From Mobula hypostoma (taxonomy: Eukaryota), in NCBI RefSeq assembly GCF_963921235.1, contig NC_086097.1:69132001-69196000 (forward strand): a stretch of DNA of 64,000 bases, in the 5' to 3' direction. Positions within the stretch are counted from its first letter, which is position 1. Every line of letters starts with the position of its first letter. This document shows positions 50,615-64,000 of the stretch, in pieces. Below the pieces are notes generated by a model. It worked only from the letters and a program-made list of their open reading frames with translations. It had not been told where the DNA came from and ran no database searches. Position numbers and translations under genes: made by a program.

Positions 50615-53600
50615 ACAAGACCATGAGACATCGGAGCAGAATTAGGCCATCTAGCCCATCGAGTCTGTTCTGCCATTCAATCATGGCTGATCCTTTTTTT
50701 CTATCTCCTCCTCAATCCCAGTTCCCGGCCTTCTCCCCATAACTAATGTCATGTCCAATTAAGAGCCTATCAATCTCTGCCTTACATACCCCCAACGACG
50801 TGGCCTCCACAGCTGCATGTGGCAACAAATTCCACAAATTCACCACCCTTTGGCTAAAGAAATTTCTCCGCATACCTGTTTTGAAAGGGCGCCCGTCTAT
50901 CCTGAGGCTATGCGCTCTTGTCCTAGACTCTCCCACCATGGGAAACATCCTTTCCACATCTACTCTGTCTCAGCCTTTCAACATTCAAAAGGTTTCAAAG
51001 ATATCCCCTCTCATCCTTCTGAATTCCAGCGAGTACAGACCCAGAGCCATCTAACATTTCTCATATGATAACACTTCCATTCCTGGAATCACCCTTGTGA
51101 ACCTACTCTGGACCCCCTCTAATGCCAGCACATCTTTTCTAAGATGAGGGGCCCAAAACTGTTCACAATACTCAAGGTGAGTCCTCACCAGTGCCTTATA
51201 AAGCCTCAGCATCACATCTTTGCTCTTGTATTTTAGACCTCTTGAAATGAGTGCTAACATGGCATTTGCCTTCCTCACCACCAACTCAAACTGTAAGTTA
51301 ACCTTCAGGGTGGTCTACACATGGACTCCCAAGTCCCTCTGCATTCCTGGATTTTCTCCCCGCTTAGAAAATGGTCCACACATTTATTTTTACTTCCAAA
51401 GCGCATGACCATGCGTTTTCCAACATTGTATTTCATTTGCCACTTTCTTGCCCGTTCTTCTAATCTGTCTAAGTCCTTCTGCATCCTATCCATTTCCTCA
51501 ATACTACCTGCCCCTCCACGAATCTTTGTATCATCTGCAAACTTGGCAACAAAGCCATCTATTCCATCACCTAAATCATTTATATACAGCATAAAAAGGA
51601 GTGGTCCCAACACCAACCCCTTCAGAACACCACTGGTCGCTGGCAGCCAAGCAAAAAAGGATCCTTTTATTCCCACTCACTGCCTCCTACCAATCAGCCA
51701 ATGCTCTAACCATGTTAGTAATTTCCCTATAATATTATGGGCTCTTAACTCGGTAAGCAGCCTCTAGCGTGGCACCTCATCAAAGGCCTTCTGAAAATCC
51801 AAATATACAACATCGACTGTATCCTCTTAACTATCCTACTTGTAATCTCTTCAAAGAATTCCAACAGGTTTGTCAGGCAGGATTTTCCCTAAAGGAACCC
51901 ATACTGACTTTGTACTATCTTGTCCTATGTCACCAAATACTCCATCACCTCATCCTTAACAATTGACTCTAACACCTTCCCAACCACTGAGGTCAGGCTA
52001 ACTTGTCTATAATTTCCTTTCTGCTGCCTTCCTCTTTTCTTAAAGAGTGGAGTAACATTTGCAATTTTACAGTCCTCTGGCACCATGCCAGAGTCCAAAG
52101 ATTTTTGAAAGATCGTTTCTAATGCCACCACAATCTCTAACACTAGCTCTTTCAGAACCCCAGGGTGCAGTTCCTCTGGTCCGGGTGACTAATGTACCTT
52201 TATGTCTTTCAGCATTTTGAGCATCTTCTCTCTTGTAACAGTAACTGCACGCACTTCTCTTCCTTCACACACTATAACATCAGGCATACTGCTAGTGTCT
52301 TCCACAGTGAAGACTGACACAAAGTACTCATTTAGTTCATCAGCAATCTCCTTGTCCCGCATTATTATTTCTCCTGCCTCATTTTCGAGCGGTTTTAGTT
52401 CCACTCTCATTTCTCTTCTATTTTTAACATAATTGAAAAAACTTTTAATATCCACTTTGATATTATTTGCTAGCTTGCTTTCATATTTCATCTTTTCCCT
52501 TCTAATAATATTTTAGATGTTCTCTGTAGGTTTTTAAAACTTGCCAATCCTCTATCTTCCCACTAATTTTTGTTTTGTTTTATGCCCTTCCTTTTGCTTT
52601 TACAGTAGCTTTGACTTCCCTTGTCAGCCATGGCTATACTTTGGTCAACTCCTCTCAATCATATCCCTGTAATTTCCCTTACTCCACTGAAATACTGCTA
52701 CATCAGACTTTACTTTCTCCCTATCAAATTTCAAGTTGATCACAATCATATTGTGATCACTGGCTCCTAAGGGTTCTTTTACCTTAAGCTTCCTAATCAC
52801 CTCCCGTTCATTACATAACACCCAATCCAGTATAGCTAATCCCCTAAAAGGCTCGACGACAAACTGCTCTAAAAAGCTATCTCTTAGGCCTTCAACAAAC
52901 TCATTCTCTTGAGATCCATTACCAATCGGATTTTCCCAATTGATCTGCATGTTAAAATCTCCCATGACTACCATAACATTGTCCTTTTGACTCGCCTTTT
53001 CTATTTCCTGTTGTAACCTGTGGTCCACCTCCCAGCCACTGTTAGGAGGCCTGTATATAACTGCCATCAACGTCCTTTTACCCTTGCAGTTTCTTAACTC
53101 AACCCACAAGGATTCAACAACTTCTGATCCTATATCACATCTTTCTACTGATTTGATGCCATTCCTTGACAGTAGAGCCACACCACGCGCTCTACCTACA
53201 TTTCTATCCCTCTGATATAACGTGTAACCTTGGACATTCAGCTCACAACTACAACCATCCTTCAGCCACGATTCAGTGATGGCCACAATATCATACCAGG
53301 CAATCTGTAATAGTGCAACAAGATCATCCACCTTATTTATTATACTCTGTGCATTTAGATACAACACCTTGAGTACCATATTTGCTATCCTTTCTGACTC
53401 TGTATCCCTAATGATTTGATACTCAGCCTGCTGGCTGCAACTAAGTCCCATCATCTGCTTGCATTTCCTGATGATCTGACTGCACGTTATCTTTACTTTT
53501 TTACCATCTGTCCTGTCCTGAGTCCCTTCACTCCTGTTGCCCCCCCCCCAGCCACTGTCAAGTTAGTTTAAACCCTCCCCAACAGCTCTAACAAACCTGC

Positions 53601-54178
53601 CTGTGAGAATATTGGTCCCCTTCGGGTTCAGGTGCAACCTGTCACTTTTGAACAGGTTATACCTCCCTCAGAAGAGATCTCAATTATCCAAGAACCTGAA
53701 GCCCTGCTCCCTGCACCAGCTTCTCAGTCACACATTAATTTGCCAAATGATTCTGTTTCTACCCTCAATGGTGTGTGGCACAGGCAGCAATCCAGAAATT
53801 ACTACCTGGAAGGTCCTGCTTCTCAGCTTTCTACCTAACTCTCTAAATACACTTTTCAGGACTTCATTGCTTTTCCTTCCTGTGTCATTAGTACCAATAT
53901 GTACCAAAATATCTGGCTGCTCCCCCTCCCTCTTCAAAATGTTGTGAACGCGATTTGAGACATCCCTGATCCTGGCACCTGGGAGGCAACATGCCATCCA
54001 GGTGTCCCGTTCACGTCCGCAGAATCTCCTGTCTGATCCCCTCACTACCAAATCCCCTATCACTACCGCTCTCTTCCTCTCTCTTTCCCTTCTGCACCCG
54101 TACTCGGTGCCTGTAACCCGGTCACCGTGGCATTCTCCTGGGAGATCATCCCCCACAAAAGTATCCAAAGCGAGGTAG
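50615..54178 (-). mobile_element. Near-full-length CR1 LINE with SGNH-esterase-type ORF1 and APE-RT ORF2, decayed
   Basis: ORF1 VVIGDLVVRG..CCLPGARIRD..VHIGTND (53728-54243); endonuclease YLNAQS, ITESWL, YRPPN, GDFN, SDH (52645-53454); RT KFADDTK. Confidence 0.93.
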
Positions 54179-54471
54179 AAATGGGCTGTGTATGGTTGAG
54201 TTCTCAAACTGGAGCCAAATGGAGAAAGGATCTCTGGATTCAAGAGGTCACAACGGTCTGAGGAATCATAGCCTTATAATCATCAGGAGGGTTATAGCTC
54301 AGAGAGCAGAAGGTGGATATATTTGGGAATTTACAAACAACCTCTTTAGCTAGTTAAATAACATTATTAACAGGCTGATGAGACTGATGTTCTGCAAACT
54401 TAATTGGGATTGAGGTTTAAGAGGAAAAAGGAGAAAACATCACACCAGTAGCTGGTAATGATGGGGGAACT

Positions 54472-54823
54472 AGGAGATGGCTGATGAACTAAATGAGTAC
54501 TTTGTGTCAGTCTTCACTGTGGAAGACACTAGCAGTATGCCTGATGTTATAGTGTGTGAAGGAAGAGAAGTGCGTGCAGTTACTGTTACAAGAGAGAAGA
54601 TGCTCAAAAAGCTGAAAGACCTAAAGGTACATAAGTCACCTGGACCAGAGGAACTGCAGCCTAGGGTTCTGAAAGAGGCATCATTAGAGATTGTGGTGGC
54701 ATTAGTAATTATATTTCAAAAATCATTGGACTTGGGCATGGTGCCAGAGGACTGGAAAATTGCAAATGTTACTCTACTCTTTAAGAAAGGAGGAAGGCAG
54801 CAGAAAGAAAATTATAGACCAGT
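54472..54823 (+). mobile_element. CR1 ORF2 fragment, inverted near-copy of about 52003-52350
   Basis: ORF 54477-54827; 54480-54609 is the exact reverse complement of 52215-52344. Confidence 0.88.
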
Positions 54824-57431
54824 ATAAAGATGTTAAGAGGCTATGAATGGATCCATATATACTGAGAATCTGGGAACAGGAAAATATGGACCAATGAACT
54901 GATGGAAGAGAAGGAATGGGTGAAAAATTGAACAATCTATTAAACGCTAAATTCTATGAAGATAGAAGGGCATCATTGTCAAAGGGCAAATCAAGTCCTT
55001 TAATCAAAAAGGTCAGAGGGATTTTGTGATAACCAGACATAGGGAGATATCTAATTTGATTTGGATGTTCTTTACTTGAAACCCACCCACCACTGCTGTC
55101 AGCAAAACTTCTAATGTAGTGTACTTACCAATTTATATTCACCAAGCAAGTAAGAAAACACCCAAAGTAAAATAAGCATCAGACTGAGTAGTCTGTAAAT
55201 GCAGTACAGACTACTCAGAGAAAAGCAAAAAATAAGTTCAGAAATTGTTAGTTTTAACTGATTTAAGGTAACTGACTAAACTTGAGTAACAGATGCAATG
55301 CAAATTAATTAAATGTTATTGTTTCTACCAAGAGGTAATCAATTCCTTTCAGCAGTATGGTTATTTGACCAGTGTGAAATGTCTGAGCCTCACAGGTTAC
55401 AGAAATATTTAATGCTAACCTTTGTTTCATGGTGTGGTTTCTCTTTGTTCACCCCACACTCCCACCAAAAGTGAGTGTTGCAAACTGTATTGCTTAGCTA
55501 TCAGTTCCATCCATCTCCTACAATTGATGGAAACTGAACCAGGCGATTAATGGCCTCAGCCTCACAGCTAACCGCCACCCCACCCCCATGGATTTCCTTG
55601 GTGTGCCATATCTAAGGTGCCTTTTCCACTTGTGTATTTCCTCAGCTCATCTAGTGGTGAAATCCCACTCATCACTGCGCATTCCAGATTTAATTTTTCC
55701 CAGTGCATTCTCTCACGCTTGTAAAATCAAAAACATTCAAAACTTTACTGTTAATTCACACCAAAGTCCCATTCACTCATTACCTTTATGCTTGCTGATC
55801 AAAACATTTTTTAAGCAAAACATTGATTTATAGCTTGTATCCTATTTCAAAAACTCAGATTTTTCCCCGCACTGTTGTGTGTAATCTCTATTAGCCCTAC
55901 AAGATTCCAAAATATCCGTACTCCTTCAATCTATCCTCTTACTCATTCCTGAATTTAGGTTGCTCCACCATTGGTAGTCTTCACTTTAACTGTCAAGGCT
56001 CCAAACTTAAGTTTCTTTTCATGAACCTTTCAACCCTCAATCTCTGTAAGATGCTTCTTAAAACTTAACACACTGGCTCAACTTGTGGACAGCTGCCAAG
56101 TAGCTTATTCTGTGGGTTAGCATATTTTTTTTACTGGATAACATTCCCACAAAGCACTGTAGGAGACTTTTGCTCCATTAGCACTGTGGTACAAGTGGAA
56201 GTTGTTGACCATATAGCCAGAAGTAAAATTCTACGGATATTTTGAACTCTGAAAGATTACTGTACCTTATAATGAAAAGGCGTTCTTAATATCTAGTGTA
56301 ATATTGTATTTTCTTTTTAAAGAAAGAGTGCACATAATCATTGTTCTAATCTAAACCACAGCAGATGTGCACGTTGCTGGACACTTGACAGTCTGCTGTT
56401 CGTGAATGGATTCTGAATGTCCAATTTCCTTAGAAAATTTGCATTTCAGATACTGCACCACTGTGTTACCATAGAGAATCCCCAAGACTTTAAATCACAG
56501 TCCATGTAAGCTGTGAAATGTTTTGTGATTCAGTGACATCTGCTTATTTTTGATTCTATTTAATTTCTGAAGAAGTCTGTATCGGAGTTCATTGTTTGAG
56601 TGATGTAGCCTGCCATTGTGATTTGTCCATCTGTCAATGAAAGCCAGAGAACATACTTAATCACTTACACAGCTCGGACCTTTTACCTTTGTTTCCTTTA
56701 CTGGAAATATGGATAACTTTTACTGATGGGACACTTAACAAGTTCCTATAAATCTTTTAAATGAAGTGTTACAATAGCTCTGCAATGGACAACAATGATC
56801 CAACATTTTTTTTCTCTTTTTACTGGGTTTTGAAGGAAATATCCTTTATGTGAAATAATGTTAATGGAGGCCACTTACCATTTATCAGATGGATAGTATT
56901 GTAGCAAAAAATAATTTGATGGTTTATAATTTGCAGAAGCATTAGGATCTATTGGTTTATGAGGAGCCAAGTTCTCCATTAAATATGCCTACATTAATGA
57001 CCAGCTATTTTAGTGTTGTCAGCATGGTACTGAAAATTAGTTTGTGATTCCATGCAGAAGATATGCTGAAGCTAGGACATAGGCTGGAAAACAAGCCTTG
57101 GTACAGTAATGCTTTGATAAGGGAATAATAGTGCCATTTAAACCTTTTACTAAACTAACAGTCCTTCAGAGATCAACAACATGCCTGATGCAGTTTCTTG
57201 GATTAAAAGAAGTCCATCTAGTTACCCATCTTCTTACAACCACATTGAAGAGTTGAGAGCTATGTCTAAATCAGTGACTAATTTGGAAGTATCTCTTGCC
57301 CATAAAATCAAGGATAAAACAAAACATGCAGAGCAGAACTACTATCAGACAAAGCTAATCAAAGTGGGACCCATGTGAGCCTGGATCTATCATTTAGGAA
57401 AGCTGCTGCCAAGATATGTGTTGTAGATCTA

Positions 57432-57841
57432 CATTACTGGGCAAAAGTCTTCGGCACATGTAAAAAAAATTCTGTAAAGCAACGATACTTTCAAAAAATA
57501 ATGAAAAGTTTCTAAATATCAAAAAAACTATGAAGTGCAGTAAACAGTAAAAAACTCAATCAATATTTGGTGTGACCACCCTTTGCTTCAAAACTACATT
57601 AATTCTCTTAGGTACAGTGGTCACTGTCCAGCAGTTTTATAAGAAAATCAGCTGGTAGGTTGTTTCAAGATTCTTGGAGAACTTGCCACAGTTCTGCAGA
57701 CGTTGACTGTCTTGCTTGCTTCTGTCTCACCAGGTAATCCCAGGCAGCCTCGATAATGTTGACATCAGGAATCTGTAGAGGCCATAGCATCTCACAAGAT
57801 ATAAAAAAATCTAGGGTGCCTAAGACATTTGCATAGGACTG
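57432..57841 (-). mobile_element. Tc1 internal-deletion derivative sharing ITRs with the palindromic MITEs
   Basis: TA|cattactgggcaaaagtcttcggcac...gtgcctaagacatttgcataggactg|TA; WPLQIPDVNIIEAAW (cf. WPPQSPDLNPIE). Confidence 0.8.
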
Positions 57842-57884
57842 TATTTGAAATAAAAGTATTTGTATAGTCGCAGTAGCTCTAACA

Positions 57885-58500
57885 TGAGATTCTGCAGATG
57901 CTGGAAATCCAGAGCAACACACATAAAATACTGGAGGAACTCAGGAGGTCAGGCAGCATCTACAAAAATTATTAAAATCAACATTTCAGGTCAAGACCCT
58001 TCATCAGGGCATGAAAGGAAGTGGGGGGTGGGGAGAAGAAGCCAGAATAAAAAGGTGCTGTGGGGGGGGGGGGGTGGTGTAGGGAGGACAAACTATAAAG
58101 TGATAGGCAAAACCAGATGGGTGGGAAAGGTAAAGGGCTGAAGGAGGAGGACTGACAGGAGAGGAGAGTGGTCCGTGGGAGATAGAAGGATGGCACCAGG
58201 GAGGATATAGGCCGGTGAAGAGAAGGGTTAAGAGGCCAGAGAGGGGAATGGAAGATGAGAGAAGGGGAATGGAAGATGAGAGAAGGGGAAAGAAAAAAGG
58301 GGGAGAAAAACACAAGGACAAATCGATGTTCATACCATCAGGTTGGAGGCTACCTAGATGGAATATGAGGTATCGCACATCCACCAAGACGAGGAGGCCA
58401 TGGACCAACATGTCGGAATGGGAATAATGTCAGAAATGAAAATGGTTGACTGCCAAGGAACAGAGTTGGTTGACAAAGTTGTCCCCAATTTACATTGGGT
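57885..58500 (-). mobile_element. Penelope-like fragment with a hammerhead-like motif at 57978-58012
   Basis: Homologous to 5015-5714; minus strand CUGAUGA-AGG(gucuuga)CCU-GAAA. Confidence 0.75.
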
Positions 58501-59859
58501 AGCTATTACTTGAGTCAATAAACCATTCTTTAGCCTAATCCTAATAAGACATTTCCCTCATTTGTGTCCCTCAGCTTTCCAACATTTATTCAATTTCCTT
58601 CACTGCTGCTAAATGCACCATTTACCATGTTTGAGCTCACCTGATGCCATCAAAAGGATTAGGTTTAGCAAAGAATTTTTTTTTTAAGCAACAGATCACA
58701 AAATAAAACTGCCTACAAAATTTTAGCAAGGTGTTTGATGGAGATACCACCCTGTGGCAAGAATTAGCTCGAGGTGATTTCTTGTGCACAGAAAAAAATT
58801 AGGTGAAGTAACCAATCACATTAAAAGATACTTATCAAAGACAAACAGGAATTCAAGACTTCTAAGCCTTCACTGATTTTTTAAAACATTTTTGGATAAT
58901 AAAGAATTCATACATGAGATTAGAATCTGAAAAATATTCAAACTAATTGTAAAAACTTGTTTTTATATTTGCTTAAAACTTTGACCATGCATGAAATTAC
59001 AAAACTTAAATATATTTGGTTCTTTTCAGATTCAAATGGGCTTTATTTTTGTTTACTTTGAATTTACAATATGAAAGTGCTGTCTGATCTGTTGCAGAGT
59101 ATAACTCTACACAAGCATTTTTAATATAAAATTCCCCTTTACAGCTGATACTCTTTTCCCGTGATCCTTTTTGTGATACCAGATCTCAAAATGAATGAAA
59201 GACAATTTATGAAAAATACACAGCTTTTAAAGCAATCAAGGAAAAAGATCATTAAAATTCAAAGGATTTGATCAAGTAAGCACACATGCACAACAATTTT
59301 CCATTTTAAATTTACAAAAGTAGTGAATGTTTATTCTGAATGCCATGTTACTTTGTCCATTCAAAAATTCCAATAGTAATAGAATTGGGTCTGTTAACTT
59401 TAATAGAGAAAGACAGAAAACAACAGAAAAGTCAAAAGAATAAATGCGGTAACATATCAAGACACGGTAAGTAGTTGCATTAAGTTCCAAGTGCATGAAC
59501 TTCTGAGAATGATTGTAGTGGAGAAAAAAAAATACTATTGTGTATGCTACACTTAGAAAAAGGGTTTTCGGAAACTGACCCGCATTTTTCTCTATTTCCT
59601 AACTACATTTTTCTACAATATACTAACTTGCCATGTGGCATTCAGTGTCATTTCCCAACATAAGGCAATCAGTACGAATGGTTTTCTAGCAGAAAATGTG
59701 GATCACACATTTTTTCTGAATCAATGTTTTACCAGTATGGCAAATATGTGAGACTATGTTTATTCCTTAAGTACAAACTCAATTTCTGGAAAAAAATATA
59801 TTCCAACTGAATAAATACCATCTGAACAAAGGACCTTTAACTGTTCACTGTATTTGTCA

Positions 59860-61712
59860 ATGAATTTGGGCAAACTAAATTGGAAGAAGATGCTGACAGG
59901 GATGACAGCAGAGCAGCAATGGCGAGAGTTTCTGGGGAAAATGAGGAAGGTGCAGGATAGATGTATTCCAAAAATAAAGAAATACTCAAACAGCAAAATA
60001 GTACAACTATGGCTGACATGGGAAGTCAAAGCTAATCTGAGAAACAGCATACAACAAAGCAAAAATTAGTGGGAAGATAGAGGATTGGGAAGCTTTTAAA
60101 AAAACTAGAGAGCAACTAAAATAATAATTAGAAGGGAAAAGATGAAATGTGAAAGCAAGTTAGCAAACAATATTGAAGTGGATAGTAAAAACTTCTTCAA
60201 GTATGTAAAAAATGAGAGATGAGTGTAGGTATAGGCCCACTAGAAAATGAGGCCAGAGAAATAGTAACGGGGGACAAGTAAAAGGCAGATAAACTAAATG
60301 AGTATTTTGTATCAGTCTTCACTGTGGACAACACTAGCAGCATGCCAGGTGTTGAAGGCTGAGGGAAGAGAAGTGAGTGCAGTTACTATTACAAGGGAGC
60401 AAGTACTCAAAAAGCTGAAAGACCTAAGGGTACATAAGTCACCCTGACCAGATGAACTGCACCCTAGGGTTCTGAAAGAGATAACGGTAGAGATTAAGGA
60501 GGCATTAGTAATGTTCTTTCAAAAATCCCTGGACTTTGGCATGGTGCCAGAGGACTGGAAAATTGCAAATGTTACTCCACTCTTTAAGAAAGGAGGAAGG
60601 CAGCAAAAAGGAAATTATAGACCAGTTAGCCTGACCTCAGTGGTTGGGAAGGTGTTGGAGTCGATTGTTAAGGATGAGGTTATGGAGTACTTGGTGACAC
60701 AGGACAAGTCAGCATGGTTTCCTTAAGGGAATATCTTGCCTGTCAAACCTGTTGTAATTATTTGAAGAGGTTCCAAGTAGGTTAGATGAGGAGGATGCAG
60801 TGGTGTATATTTGGACTTTAAGAAGGCTTTTGACAAGGTGCCTCACATGAGGCTGCTTACAAAGTTAAGAGCCCACGGTATTACAGCAAAGTTGCTGGCA
60901 TGGCTAGAGCATTGGCTGATTAGTAGGAAGCAGTGAGTGGGAATAAAATGATCCTTTTCTGGTTGGCTGCCACTAACTTGTGGTGCTCTGCTAGGGTCAG
61001 TGTTGGGATCACTTCTTTTTATGCTATATATCAATGATTTAGATGATGAAATAGACTACTTTGTTGCTATGTTTTGCAGATGATACGAAGATTGCAGGGG
61101 GGCAGGTGGTGTTGAGGAAACAGGTAGGCTGCAGAAGGACTTAAATTAGGAGAATGGGCAATAAAGTGGCTAATGAAATACAATGTTGGAAACTGCGTGG
61201 TCATGTACTTTGGTAAAAGAAATAAACGTGCAGACTATTTTCTAAACGGGGAGAAAATTCAAACATCTGAGATGCAAAGTGACTTGGGAGTCCTTGTGCA
61301 GAACATCCTAAAGGTTAACTTGCAGGTTGAGTCAGTGGTGAGGAAGGCAAATGCAACATTAGTATTCATTTCAACAGTTCTAGAATGTAAGAGCAAGGAT
61401 GTGATGATAAGGCACTGGTGAGTCCTCACCCTGTGTATTATGAACAGTCTAAGAAAAGATGGGCTGGCATTGGACAGGGTTCACAGGAGGTTCACAAGGA
61501 TGATTCTGGAAATGAAAGGGTTTTCATATGAGGAACGTTTGATGGCTCTGGGCCTGTACTTGCTGGGATTTAGAAGGATGGGGGGGCGGGGGGCGGGGGG
61601 CGGGGAAGGATCTTATTGAAACCTTTCGAGTGTTGAGAGGCCTAGACAAAGTAGATGTGGAAAGGATATTTCCCATGATGGAGTTTAGGACAAAAGGGCA
61701 CCACCTCAGGAT
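59860..61712 (+). mobile_element. CR1 LINE fragment, decayed RT
   Basis: VPEDWKIANVTPLFKKGG..NYRPVSLTS; ldfkkafdkv and FADDTK in the DNA. Confidence 0.9.
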
Positions 61713-62863
61713 TATAATTTGCTATCACATGTTTAATCAATCTGTGAAGAGATATCACTAACTGTTACTGTCTACTATATCATTCAATTGAATCTATCCA
61801 AAAGGCACTAAACTTACCATGTTCATAGAATCAAAAATTCTTTATTATTTCATGGTAAGCTTTGATTCTAAAACAAAGCATTCAAATGAAGCTAAATTTC
61901 GGCTCTTTATTTTCACTTATCCCACTACAATTAAAAAAAAACAGGATTCAATCTCTTCCAAATTAGTAAATTGATGCAACAATGAGTATTGATTTAACAT
62001 GGTATCGTATTTTTAAGTAACAGACATACCACTTCAGACAAAAATAAAAAGGATGTTTCCATTGTTTGAGTTGACAATTAACATTGTTGTCCACAATCCA
62101 GGAACTGGTATTACTTAAACATTGCAAGGAGTTGAAATAAAGACCTGGTTGCCAATGTTAGAAAACAATTAAGGAAAATGGATCACAAACTCTTAAGATT
62201 TGCTTCTCAAATGATTTATTTACTATAATACATTGCAGATGATGTCAAAATCTTAAGAGTTTTCAAACCAGTTCCACTGAGCAAATAACAACACAGAGCA
62301 ATTGAGTTATTTTCATAGTTAACTAGCACCCAACCCTACACAAAACAAACACTAGCAGCAGAATGTGTACCAACTGATTAATAATTTTCTGAAAGGAAAT
62401 TATCTGCAATGTTTGACAGTTAATGAACTGAAGTAGAATTGATGCTCTTCAAACAGTCAGCTTCCCCACGTTCACATCATTCAGCTCACCAATTTATTTT
62501 ACAGTAAGATTTTATGAAAACTTACAACACAATGAAATAAACAAAACATTTTCTAAAAGCAGAATCATTTTACATCAAATAGGTACCGATTCAAAAGAAA
62601 ATGGTGCTTTTAAAATAAGATATTGCTCCACATATGTAGTTTGCACAAAAAGAACTAAAACAAATCTAATTAAGTTTTAGTAGAAGGTACCACAAGTAGT
62701 AATATGAATACAAGTTTGACAAAATTATAAAACTGTTGTGTGTAATTGGCAATACCGAAAATATTTATTGCTATGTTAGCAATATTTGACAGGTTACTTG
62801 CTAGGGTCACATTAAAATGAGTTAACAGAAAAAGTCATACTTAAAGCTATTTAATACACCATC

Positions 62864-62869
62864 TTTATT
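62864..62869 (-). promoter_or_regulatory. Candidate polyadenylation signal AATAAA
   Basis: tttatt on the plus strand about 1 kb past the candidate stop; several alternative hexamers nearby. Confidence 0.3.
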
Positions 62870-63857
62870 GCAAACACAACATGTGAAAGCTGTATAATTG
62901 AAAATTATGGAAAGATTTACAATCTCTTATGAAAAATGACTTTTATGTACACCAGATATTCTTCCGCTCCATCCCAAAGAGGAAATGTATTTCTAAAAAT
63001 GTGTAGGATAAGGTACAAGACCAACCAGGAATTAAACACATGCATTACTTTCCAACAATTAAGGATACTATAAAACGTTTACATTTTATCCTTTAAATGA
63101 AACAAATGTAATAAGACATAAGATAAAACTGCAGTAATTTTACGCTCAGTTTCTGTTTTCTCCTGAACTGATCTTTGTGCTGTTGGTCATTAAAATAAGT
63201 GGATTCTTCCCATAACAAAGAACTACCACAGCTCTATTACCAGTAAACATAAGGTGCAGTAGACATTATGTCTTTTACACAGCACCTGGCAATTTTTCTT
63301 AAAACTACATTTTCAGAAGCAGTGCAAATGTTGGGAGGCTGCTATAATGACAGTATTTCCATCTACCCACCCACACAAATTTGTCAAGGACACAAACACA
63401 ATGACTTTCAAAACAGCACAAATAAAAAGTCAAATCCAGTCAAACAGATGAGTTTTTTTTTTAACATTGTTGGCTGAGAAATATATTTGACTTCATTTTA
63501 TACAATTTAGTGTATACATAAACTCTTATTCACAACTGTCAAAAAGTTTGTGAAGGAAACAACCACTACAGAATCCACATAAATTCTCAAGATTGCTTTT
63601 CTTTCATGCAGCAAGTGGAATGTATTTATTGCAGCCAGTTTGTTTTGTCGACAGTAATTTTAGAAATCCCATTAATATGCACACTTAAATTTGTTTCCTT
63701 TGGAAAGTGAGGAATGCTGGACTGATCTTAAAGCAACGCTGCTATTATAGCTTGCAAATGCATAACCTTTTGAGGTTTTCCACATGTTTGAAACTGGACT
63801 TAAAATACCCAGTTTGGTAACAATGTCTTATAGTAATAACGTCAGTTCCTATTTTGC

Positions 63858-64000
63858 TCATATAACATTAAGTTGATCTGTTTGCATCTCCGATGGGAAC
63901 GACTGAGATGTTGGCTGTGGTGGTGGTGGCAACGATGGCAGTGGTAACAACGGTTCTACCAACTGACCTGTACAAGGTGCCCCAGGAGGGTTGAATGTCT
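63858..64000 (-). CDS. Partial terminal coding exon of an unidentified host gene, proline-rich C-terminus
   Basis: Open from the window edge: TFNPPGAPCTGQLVEPLLPLPSLPPPPQPTSQSFPSEMQTDQLNVI*. GC content rises sharply relative to the adjacent AT-rich, repeat-free 2 kb. A second frame is also open for a similar length. Confidence 0.55.
   Translation of the reverse strand, partial: TFNPPGAPCTGQLVEPLLPLPSLPPPPQPTSQSFPSEMQTDQLNVI

Overview
This is a eukaryotic, AT-rich window densely packed with transposable elements. The repeat mix (many CR1, Rex1/Babar, Tx1, Penelope GIY-YIG, HE1/V-like SINE, Tc1) suggests a cartilaginous fish such as a ray or shark; this is inferred, not directly shown. The only plausible host coding sequence is a proline-rich terminal exon on the minus strand at the right edge (stop 63858-63860), followed by an essentially repeat-free candidate 3' UTR. 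The rest is decayed and often nested mobile DNA: a full-length L1 with a 14-bp TSD inside a solo LTR; a Gypsy element carrying two nested DNA transposons and a Penelope insertion; an IR/DR-type Tc1 split by a 2-kb LTR-like insert containing a 37-bp minisatellite; a near-full-length CR1 with an esterase-type ORF1; and a Tigger relic. Most notable are hammerhead-ribozyme motifs in four Penelope ends, a possible composite transposon bounded by two palindromic MITEs, a DNA element with a 6-bp TSD, a Penelope-derived perfect hairpin, and a 130-bp perfect inverted identity between CR1 copies. I found no CRISPR array, rRNA, real tRNA or prokaryotic system, and cannot support a wholly new biological system. 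Boundaries without a stated TSD are approximate.
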